A DNA stretch of 46,804 nt from Chrysochromulina tobinii. Taxonomy: Eukaryota. Of the stretch, positions 21,300 through 30,500 are shown piece by piece. Every line of letters begins with the position of its first letter. The stretch's first letter is position 1. The stretch spans positions 1 to 46,804 of the forward strand of contig JWZX01003358.1 of assembly GCA_001275005.1 (NCBI GenBank). Reading direction: 5' to 3'. The translations under genes and the position numbers were made by a program. The notes under the pieces are model-generated. The model saw only the letters and a list, made by a program, of their open reading frames with translations. It did not search any database and was not told the DNA's origin.

Positions 21300-23324
21300 C
21301 TACGCCGACGCGCCCAAAGGAGGCGATCCGTATGGCGCTCCCCCAGCTAACAACGACGTGACAGCCTTCAAGCCGCCCATGACATTGATCGCTCTTGCGC
21401 GGCTCGCACGGCAAAACATTCCGCACGAGGCGGCCGGCGGCCGGTAATGTGTCGGTGTGGGCGCCGGATCTCGGACCCTCTCGGACGGCACGGGCTCATC
21501 GAGGATGTCGCTCGCCGGTTTCTTGACGCATACCAAGCAGCGAGAGCACTTGCTCGACATGCACATAGCCACGCTCGGAGGGTCGCCGCAGACCGCGGCC
21601 TCGCACACCTCCTTCACAGCAGCCCCCGCTGGCGGCGTACGGACGAACGCTTCGAGGCCATTCTTGTCGTGTAGGACCTTCCACACGTCATCAAACGGCT
21701 TGGTGATTTCGGGATCCATCACGGCCTTGCGGTCGAACGGCTTGACGTGACCGGACCAGTGGATCACGATCGCATCGGAAAGCAGCTTGGTCGCGTTCAG
21801 GCCGTTTTGCTGAATGTCTTTCACTTCGATGTACCCCATGCCATCTACGAAGGCGGGATCGCCCACCAAGTCGTTCCAGCATTTGATCCGGTCCGAAAAC
21901 GCAAAGTACGGGATCCCGAGGCCGTACGCAAGGGACGTCTCGGGGATCACCTTGCCGTCGTAATTCGCATGCATGAAGCTGTCGAAGACCTCCGTCATCT
22001 TATGCTGCCGCCATAGGGTCAGATTGAAGCGCGAGAGCCCAAAGTTCCACTTTGGCTGGGTGGCGAAATTCACCGTGCGGCCAAGGATGGTCTGCGTCCA
22101 GTTGGTGACGGTCGCCGCGTACTCGTGGCTCTGGCACGTTCCGACCCGCTCGGTGCTCTCGGTCTCCGTTGCAAGGCACCCAAGGAACCCATGGTCGCTG
22201 TCCCTGCCCAGGTATGAGACACACTGCTGCGCATCGAGCCAGTTGTGCCCGTTTTGGAACATCTCGACGATCTTGGTCCTCGGGTTCCACAGCCAGCCGT
22301 TGCACGTCGCGGCGATGGCCATGCCCGAGCCCATCGGGACCTCGAGCTCCTTGATGTTCCGCTGCACGGATATGTCGTCGTCGGCGAAGAAGAGGGTCTC
22401 GAGCCCTCTGAACGGCCCGAGGTACGGCAAGTAGAAGCGCAGCATGTTGAATGGGTTGTGGTGCATGTTGTCGTAGTCCCACTTCTCGGGACGCATCAGG
22501 CAAACGGGCTGGTGGTCTTGGTCCTGGTTGGCGCCCTGCGAGCCAAACTCTGGCCACTTCCACAGTGGGGAGATGCCGTCAGCTTCCAGCAGCTTCGTCG
22601 CCACCTCAATGTCCATCACGTTGATCGTCTGATGCGGACCTGGCTTAAGCGCCGTGTGGAGCCGATCAGCTAGGGACGTGCCATTCAGCGAGCCCCTCTC
22701 GAGGTCTCCGATGAGCCAGGCGGAAATCTCGCGGTCTGGGCTGTTCATGAAGAGCGAGCCGAGCGCGACGACGAGTCCCTCGAAGCGATCTGAGAGGATG
22801 ACGAAGGTCGCCGCCGATAGGCTGGGCGGGGTGAACTCCTGGGTGGCCTCGAGCATGATGTGGCCACGCCCATGTACGGGCAAAAGGCGTCCCTGCGAAC
22901 CATCGGAATGCGCCAGCCATCTCTGGCGCCAGGCTTCGGAACCGGGCTCCTCTGGGTGTCTGTGTCCCTGCGAGCCGTTGGAATGCGCCAGCCATCTCTG
23001 GCGCCAGGCTTCGGAACCGGGTTCCTCTGGCGACGGCAGGCGGCCTGAGGCCTGTGCCTCCATGACGTGCGTCGGATTGGGAGCATGCAAATCTTCGGCA
23101 GCAACGAACGCATTGTCGCCACGAGCTTTGCCCGGCCAGTGAATGTTGTGGCCCTGGTCACCGCCGCCGCAGTCCTTCTCACAGCCGCAGTGCTGAATCT
23201 TGCCGTGGTACAGCCCGTTCTCGCAATCTGACGACGCGAGGCACTTGCAGTCTTCCGCATAGATGTAGTGCACATTAAGGTGAGTTGGAACGCCGAATAC
23301 GAAGGCCAGGATGCTCACGTGCAT
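21300..23324 (-). CDS. Glycosyltransferase family 8 (GAUT/GATL-like)
   Basis: NMLRFYLPYL, LFFADDDISVQRNIKEL (DxD), WNFGLSRFNLTLWRQHKMT and VIHWSGHVKPF; short hydrophobic N-terminus from ATG 23324. Confidence 0.85.
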   Translation of the reverse strand: MHVSILAFVFGVPTHLNVHYIYAEDCKCLASSDCENGLYHGKIQHCGCEKDCGGGDQGHNIHWPGKARGDNAFVAAEDLHAPNPTHVMEAQASGRLPSPEEPGSEAWRQRWLAHSNGSQGHRHPEEPGSEAWRQRWLAHSDGSQGRLLPVHGRGHIMLEATQEFTPPSLSAATFVILSDRFEGLVVALGSLFMNSPDREISAWLIGDLERGSLNGTSLADRLHTALKPGPHQTINVMDIEVATKLLEADGISPLWKWPEFGSQGANQDQDHQPVCLMRPEKWDYDNMHHNPFNMLRFYLPYLGPFRGLETLFFADDDISVQRNIKELEVPMGSGMAIAATCNGWLWNPRTKIVEMFQNGHNWLDAQQCVSYLGRDSDHGFLGCLATETESTERVGTCQSHEYAATVTNWTQTILGRTVNFATQPKWNFGLSRFNLTLWRQHKMTEVFDSFMHANYDGKVIPETSLAYGLGIPYFAFSDRIKCWNDLVGDPAFVDGMGYIEVKDIQQNGLNATKLLSDAIVIHWSGHVKPFDRKAVMDPEITKPFDDVWKVLHDKNGLEAFVRTPPAGAAVKEVCEAAVCGDPPSVAMCMSSKCSRCLVCVKKPASDILDEPVPSERVRDPAPTPTHYRPPAASCGMFCRASRARAINVMGGLKAVTSLLAGGAPYGSPPLGASA
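22890..23030 (-). repeat. 75-bp tandem duplication encoding PEEPGSEAWRQRWLAHS(N/D)GSQG twice
   Basis: ggaatgcgccagccatctctggcgccaggcttcggaaccggg recurs at 22905 and 22980. Confidence 0.92.
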
Positions 23325-23529
23325 ATTTTTTTCTGGTTTCCTTTTTGGGTCGTCTTTTTGCATCCAAACTAGGAAGAATTGACGAAATTTCTAGCGCGGA
23401 ATCAAATTTGAAGGTGGATAATACGCCCTGCCTACTTGAGGCCGTTGTGTGCGTGCTCTCTCGCCTTCGCATAGATCATGCGGGGCACAAGAGCACGGGG
23501 CACACACACATGCACACTCGCCGCCCGGC

Positions 23530-24828
23530 TCACACGACTTCAGTGTCCTCGTCCCCCTCGTCCAGCTCATACGGCCACCTCGGCAGCAGCTCATCATCGA
23601 GCGCGATGCGCATGACGCGCCCGCAGCCGAGCACACGCTCGGGCAGCTCGTCGCGCGTCTGCGCCTCGATCACAAAGCCGAGGTCGATGACCAGCTGCTT
23701 CGAGTACAACTTGACGAGACTGACGACGCGCCCAGCCGTGGGGGACGAGTTGCAGTCTACGTCTATCTCTAGGTACGCCGTCCCGTTCGCCGTGACACCT
23801 CTGTGGAAGCGCTGGCGGAGTGTCTTACCGAGCAGTGCGGGGCGTGTGCCCACGGTCTGTTGGACGAGCCAGGGCCCCTCGACCACGCTAGGGATGAGCT
23901 TGAAGCGCGCGTTTCGGAACGCGTCGGTGCCATTGACAAAGCGCTCGAGCAGCCGTGAGGCCGCACCGGCCTCCTCCTCCTCCTCGCCGCGGTCGCCGCT
24001 GCCACTGCCACTGCCGCCCGGCGCGAGGAGATCGGGGATCGCATGATAGAAGACCACCTGAAAGAGGCCGAAGGATATCAGGCGAGGAGGGGAGGGGGGG
24101 CATGAGTGGCTGAGGTCCAAAAGGGAGAAGAGGGCGGTGAGTGCGAGTGTGTGCGGGGGGTGAGGTGTGTGCAGAGGGTGGAAGGGCCCGGCGCGGCCAT
24201 GGCATGGCATGGCATGGCATGGCCTCTCTCGTACCTGATAGACGCCATCCGCGGCGGGCAGGATCATATTGATGACGACCACGAGGCGCACAGGCTCCGC
24301 GGTACGTCTCGATAGCGTGTGCGCCGGACAGTCGTCGCGTCGCGCTACTAGGTGGTACGCCGCCGTCGGCGTTCGGAAGAGCTCTACGGCGAGGAGCTCC
24401 GAGCCGGGTGACGAGGGCGCATTCCGACCGTCCTTGAGGTACGAGGAGGCACGCACGTGGAACTGGCTCGCGCTCAACGGCGCCCAGCACTGCTCGCCGG
24501 CAGGAGCGCCGCCACTTCCATCGGGTGGGAAGAAGCTGTCGCTGCCCTCGAGCAAGTCGGACTCGAGCTTGCGCAGCTCGAGACGGCTCCTCTGCACCGC
24601 GGATGCCCGCGACGACCTGTCGCTCAGCAGAGACGGCGGCGGCAGCGGCTTCGGCGCCATGTTCGGGTCGTGCTGTGTGTCGCAGCTGCCGCCACGCTCA
24701 TCCTCCTTGTTCGCCATGATCGGCAGCTCCTCGTAGCTCAGCCGCCGGCGTGATCGAAGGAAGAAAAAGAAAATCAGCGCGACGAGCAGGAGCACTACGC
24801 CGACTCCCACACCGACGGCGCCCGCCAT
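23530..24828 (-). CDS. EDR2 C-terminal (DUF1336) domain protein with an N-terminal TM anchor; exons 24828-24235 and 24057-23530
   Basis: FHVRASSYLKDG, DAFRNARFKLIPSVVEGPWLVQQTVGTRPALLGK, YLEIDVD, LVIDLGFVIEAQTRDELPERVLG. A 177-nt GTACGA...TTTCAG intron is predicted. The start could lie further upstream. Confidence 0.87.
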   Translation of the reverse strand: MAGAVGVGVGVVLLLVALIFFFFLRSRRRLSYEELPIMANKEDERGGSCDTQHDPNMAPKPLPPPSLLSDRSSRASAVQRSRLELRKLESDLLEGSDSFFPPDGSGGAPAGEQCWAPLSASQFHVRASSYLKDGRNAPSSPGSELLAVELFRTPTAAYHLVARRDDCPAHTLSRRTAEPVRLVVVINMILPAADGVYQVRERPCHAMPCHGRAGPFHPLHTPHPPHTLALTALFSLLDLSHSCPPSPPRLISFGLFQVVFYHAIPDLLAPGGSGSGSGDRGEEEEEAGAASRLLERFVNGTDAFRNARFKLIPSVVEGPWLVQQTVGTRPALLGKTLRQRFHRGVTANGTAYLEIDVDCNSSPTAGRVVSLVKLYSKQLVIDLGFVIEAQTRDELPERVLGCGRVMRIALDDELLPRWPYELDEGDEDTEVV

Positions 24829-25866
24829 CGGATCGAGCGGCGGGAATGGTGATTGCTGCCGCTTTTGGCTGCCGCCGCGGGACTTTGGCCTCGTGCTGAG
24901 GTCAAAGCTGACCTCAGTACCAGCTGCACCCTGGGTACTTGCGCGTGGGGCGACGGCGTCAGTACCAGGGGTGTCGGCGGTAGCAGCATCATCGGCCGTG
25001 CCCTCGGCACGCGGTCCTCGCCGAAAGCGCATTGGCAGCAAGTTCTTCTCACGAGTTCATTCATCATTCATATGAATACACACGACACGTTTAAACGGTC
25101 GAAATGAGACACATGCAGGCGGAGAGCTGAGAAACAGCCTAAAAAGAGACAGAATGGCGAGACCCATCCGAGTTCATTCACATCACATCACGCAAACAGG
25201 AGCACGCTTTCTCTGCACGCGGTGTAAATAAACGCCCATACGGACACGGATCAGAGGCACCATACTCCGGGTCAACCCCGGGTCTGAACCCGTGCAACCA
25301 CCTGAATAGCTGGCGTGTCGACCTTGGTGTCGACAAGTTTACGTGGCGTAGGGAGTCAACGGGGCGGGGTGTGAGGTCTTGAGGTACACGGGTCTCGGGC
25401 CTTACTGTTACTCCCGGGTGAGGACGAGCGTGAGCACGATGCACGTCGCGGTATAGCTCGGGAGCGTAGAAATTGCAAAATTTAATATTGCGAAAATTTT
25501 ATAGATCATGACAGTGCGCTCACATCGAGGCCGAGGTCAATTCTGACGAACGTCTACTTTTTGCTGGCTATTCCGGCCACGGTCGCGTTAGGTGAACACG
25601 CACTGAGCGAACGTACCGACTCTACACACTGGTGCCACCAGTGTGTATTCTGGTGCCGCTCTCTGTCTCTCATCTCTCTCTTGCCACCCGTGTCCCGTGC
25701 GAATCGCGACGATGATTTCCTGAATACATGCCTAGATTTCGCCACCTCAGGTGAGTTTGAGGCTGCCCACCCCCTGTGACGTACGGGACGCACACGCGCA
25801 CGCGAGTCATGGTAAGCACGGAAGGTGGCCGCTTTGCAGTACCCCTCACTGCGGAGCTCGATTTCT

Positions 25867-26318
25867 TCAAACGATGCGCAGGACCATGGCCGCAGATGTG
25901 CGCGTGCGGCGTGCGTTCGAGCGCAGCTTCTTGGCGGCCTCACCCGATCGGCAGCCTCGCAGCATGACATCTGGATTTGAGAGCCGGCATACATGGCGGA
26001 GCACATGGTCGACTGCGCCTTCTCTGTCATCACGGTCTTCTGCCAGCCACCGCCGGCGCCGATTTTGGGCGCCACGTCCACCTTGAGTCGCGTCCGCGTC
26101 TCCATGGGGCCAAACGGAGACTCGGCGGTCAGCTTGTGGCCCCACGCGCTCTGCGGATTGACCGCCTTCTCAAACGGGGTGAAGCTCCCGATCGCGGCCG
26201 GGCCCCTGACCGGCACCGGCAGCGGAATGGTTTCTCTCGGATTGAGGTTGTCAGGGTGCAACTTGGAGTACAGGGTGAATTTCGTGTAATTTGAGGTACG
26301 GCCGAGGGCGAGCGACAT
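25867..26318 (-). CDS. Hypothetical small protein; 3' end uncertain (frame change or intron near 25980)
   Basis: MSLALGRTSNYTKF...STMCSAMYAGS looks coding. A plausible tail NPDVMLRGCRSGEAAKKLRSNARR lies in another frame ending at 25867; the original frame runs on to 25554. Confidence 0.4.
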
Positions 26319-26568
26319 GTGGCTGGGCGCGACGCTAGCGAGCGCGAGGGACGCCTGAAAATGTTCGGAAACGGCGAGCGTCATTTCACAGGAGGATCCA
26401 GTCTTCCCATACCCGGTACATACATGTAGATTGCCCAAACGTACATGTACCGTCGAGACATCCATCTTCGTGTTGTGGCGTTGAGATCACACTACATGTA
26501 ACTGTTTGTATCAAACATGCGCCATCCTGATCGACCAGAGCAACCAGAACGATCTCGACGCGAACTTC

Positions 26569-27369
26569 ATGTCGGTGCTCTCGATGCTCACACTCCTCGT
26601 TCAGACCACAGCCATGCTGCGACCACTGCCACGGGTTAGCAGTGTTAGCACAGCCACGTTTGCACCGATTAGAGCACCAGCACCAACGCTCATCCTCGAC
26701 TTTTTCAAGCAGACCCTGAAGGCCGCGTCTACCTCTGACCTGGAGCGCATCTTGCTTGAGAAGCCGGGACTCAGCAATTTTAAGGCGCTCGAGAAGGCCG
26801 CACCATCGCCGCAAGATCTTCTCTACACCGATAAAGGTACTGCCAGTGTCAATGGGCGCTGGCTGCTCCTGTCGACCATTGCCGCCGGGGTGGGTGAGGA
26901 CGTGAGCGACGAAGCGACGGCGGTGCCTGGCGCTGTCAATGCCTCTGGGCTCGTAATAGATACGAGCGGGAGGTTGCCAGTGCAGGAGGTCGACCTCGCC
27001 GCTGGACGCATCGGCAATGAGATCCGGTTCAATGCGCTCGGGCGCATTGGTATCGTGCGCGTCGCCGGAGGCGTGCGGCCCAGCACCGACAATGGCCGGC
27101 GTGCGATGGTGGAGTTTGACACACTCGACGTCTTCCTCTTGAACGGGGACGGCGCCGAGGCGCGGGCCTCGCGACTGCTGCGCGCGGGTTGGCTCTTCCG
27201 TCTCGTGCGCCTGCTCCGACCCTCACTGCAGAATGGTGCCGATGAAGCCTCCTGGCTGGACACGACCTACATTTCGCCACGAGTGCGGCTAGGAAGGGGC
27301 AACAAGGGAAGCGTTTTCATCCTGGAGAAGCTGAATGGCGACGGGCCACTCGCGAACTTTCCTCTGTAG
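26569..27369 (+). CDS. Fibrillin / plastid lipid-associated protein (PAP_fibrillin)
   Basis: VNGRWLLLST and the C-terminal WLDTTYISPRVRLGRGNKGSVFILEK; hydrophobic then Ser/Thr/Arg/Pro-rich N-terminus consistent with bipartite plastid targeting. Confidence 0.87.
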   Translation: MSVLSMLTLLVQTTAMLRPLPRVSSVSTATFAPIRAPAPTLILDFFKQTLKAASTSDLERILLEKPGLSNFKALEKAAPSPQDLLYTDKGTASVNGRWLLLSTIAAGVGEDVSDEATAVPGAVNASGLVIDTSGRLPVQEVDLAAGRIGNEIRFNALGRIGIVRVAGGVRPSTDNGRRAMVEFDTLDVFLLNGDGAEARASRLLRAGWLFRLVRLLRPSLQNGADEASWLDTTYISPRVRLGRGNKGSVFILEKLNGDGPLANFPL

Positions 27370-27515
27370 CGTGTAGGCTCTCTCGGGAGTGCGGGCTCGC
27401 GAGACTGTCGTGTTCACGTTCACACCGTCTTTTTGCTAGGGGGCGTGACTGTGATGAATGAGTGCTGTGGTGCTGCTCGAGCGAGTGGTCCCGGCACGCG
27501 TCACCTCTCTATCGC

Positions 27516-30500
27516 ATGACACTGCTCAGCACTGGCTCGCAGACCGCGCGGTTGCACCACTCGGCGCTACCGCCAGACTGCCGATGCGACATCTGTGCAC
27601 GGCCCATCGCAGCAGCCGACGCACGGTGCCGGTGTGCTTCGGCAACGTGCGACGAGTGTCACGTGTGTGGCTTGTGCAGTGACGGCAGATCCCGTCAGTG
27701 TCCCTTGTGTGGGGGCAGCCTACACAGCGAGCGTGCGTCGCCATTCACGCTGCGCATGCAGGTGTTTCGAGAAGCGTTTGATGCTACCATGAGTACGAGC
27801 GTCATCGTCGTGCATCCGCACATCATGGTGGCTCGTGCTTTTGATGCATATGCCGGCCGGCCACTGCTCGGAGAGCCCACCACCGGAGGCAGCGTGCGCT
27901 GGTACTCGTACGCGCAATGTGGCGCCGCGGCGGAGCTCTTTGCCGTCCAGCTGCGTCACAGCTGCCGCCGCCGCTCCGAGTCTGAGGCTGAGCGCGCGGT
28001 CGTGTTGTGCGCTGCCAACGGCGTCGGATGGCTCGTCGCAGACTGGGCGTGTGCGCTCGCCGGCTTGCCGAGCATCGCCATTGACGCATCGACGGCGCCG
28101 GCCAGCGCATTGTCGATGGCCCGCGAGGCCGCGCAGGCACGTGGCCGCGACGTGGGTGCCGTGTGCGTCGACGCTGGGCATCTCGGCGAGTGGCAGGCGG
28201 CACTGGCACAGGCCTGCATCTCCGATCGACATGAGGAGGCGGATCGAATGGCGGCCAAATCAGGGCGACCATTGGCCGTGGACACCTACTCGACAGCCAG
28301 CGCTCGTCAGCGGCTCGTGGCCATTGCATGCACTATGCTCGACCGGGATGCCACCGACTCGGCCGACTCCAACGACGACGCCATCGACAACGCCAACGAC
28401 GTGGCTGTGGCGGCGGCAGCGGCGGCGGCGGCGGCGGCGGCTGAAGGGTCGACAGCTGCAGGGGCGGCGGCGATGGTAGCTATGAAGGCCGTCCAGGCGG
28501 CGGCGTTGACCTCTCGCACGGCGGGTACGGGCGACGCGGAACTGGTCACGTGCCTATTCTCGTTTGGGTCCACGGGCGAGCCCAAGCATCTCTGGTTCGA
28601 CGCGCTGTCGTGGGCGGAGTGGGGCGAGCGCAATCCGCCAGCCTCACGCCGCGCGCGCGCTGCGCTCTCCCGCCGCTCGGTCCGTGTCTCGTGCGCGGCG
28701 CTGTTTGCGCCCCTCTCGCACGGTCTCGCGCGGCGCACCGCGTGGGGCGAACTGCTGCACGGCGGGCGGCTCGGGCTGTGCGAGCCACGTGGCGCCGGCG
28801 CGTTCGACATGGCATTCGAGGGCGGCGAGGGCATTGTGGGCGGCGAGGGCGGAGTGGGCGGTGTAGGTGGGTGGCTCGACCAGATTCGTGCGTTTGCACC
28901 CACGACGCTCTCTGCAGCACCACGCTTCTACACCCTCTACCAGCGCCGCTACGAAGCCGAGCTCTCCAAATTAGGGATGGAAGCCGAGCTCTCCAAATTA
29001 GGGAAGGACGCCGAGATCTCCGGCGCGACTGCGAACCATGGGGAACATGCAACGCCCGAGGCGCTGCGTAAAGCCGCGCTCGTGGCGGTCCGACGGTTGG
29101 GGGGCCCTCGGCTGCGTTTGGTGGCCGTCGGAGGGGCGCTGGTACCACCATCGCTGCTCGCCTTCCTCCGGGAGTGCTTCGGCGAATGCGGCGCGGGCGG
29201 AGGGCACGCCGTCGTATCGGATGGGTACGGTATGGCGGAAGTGCCGGGCGGCATTGCTCGGGATGGCATCCCACTCCCCGGGGTAGAGGTTCGCATCCAG
29301 CTGCCTCTTGCCACCGGCCACTACACCGGCACAGGTTGGGGTGCCTCCGATGCGGATGCCATTCGCGCATTGGGCGACGATGTCGGCGAGATTCTGGTGA
29401 AGACGATCCGCGGCGCCATCGTGGGCGATCGGGGTGCCGCCGCGCTGGACGCTGATGGATGGTTCCACACCGGTGACCTTGGCCGTTGGATTGAGGGATC
29501 GTCACCTGGTGGACCACGTCGGCTCCAGGTGCTCGAGCGCATGGGATTCACGGTGAAGCTTGCCAACGGCGAGTTCTTGGCACCGCAGCGCGCGGAGGCA
29601 GTGTACGAAGAGCAATGCGCATCGGTGGCGAGCTGCGTGCTGCTCGCGCGCCCGGGCGAGCTGGCCGCCACTGCAGTCGCGCTCCTTCGCAACGACGTGC
29701 TCGGGGAGACGAGATTGCCAAATATGGTGCTCGATGAGATGAGGGCAGCGGCGGCGGCGGCGGGGCTTCGGAGTTGGGAAGTTCCTGGGCGCGTGCTCAT
29801 TGACCCAGGGCCATGGGATGCGGCGAGCGGCTGTAGCTCTACACACGGCAAGGTGCGACGTCTCGCCATAGCGAGGCGCCATGGCCTCCTTCCGCATGCC
29901 GACGCTGGCGAAGGGCGCAACGGCAGCGCAGATGACAACGTCATGGCGAACGGCAGCGGCAGCGGTAGCAGCAACGGGTACGACGTTGCTGGCGGTACTG
30001 TCAACGGCAGTGATTGCGCTAGCCTTGGCGAGGGCGGAGGCTCCTCCAACTGCTCCTCCAATCGCTCCTCGAGCTCCTCCCTTGTCGATCAGCTCATCGG
30101 CTTCCTTAGCGCTTCATCGGAAATGTCTGCCTTGCCTCACTTGCCATGTGCCGCCGTGCGAGCAGCTGAACACGGCAGTGGCTGGTGGAGTGCCCTCGGC
30201 GGCGACAGCATCATGGCAGCAGAGCTCCTCGGAGCGTGGGAGGGCGTGGTTCACGCCGCCAATGCTCGCAGCGCCAAGGGATCGAGAGCCTCTGTGGATG
30301 CGCCCTCTGTGAATGCGCCCTCTGTGAATGCTCTCGGCGCCAAGGGATCGAGATCCGCGCGACCGACGACGGCGCATTCACAGAGGGCGCATTCACAGAG
30401 GCGCCCAATGATCAGTCTGAACATGCATGACCTCTTCTCGCTGACACCTCGTGAGCTTCGGTGCAAGGCACAAGCGTGTCTTGGACGCCACGGCATCGTC

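Noticed and set aside
28953..29005. 27-bp tandem duplication (EAELSKLG twice) in the CAR A domain
   Set aside because: A real repeat, but a small in-frame loop duplication like others in this genome, with no separate functional implication.
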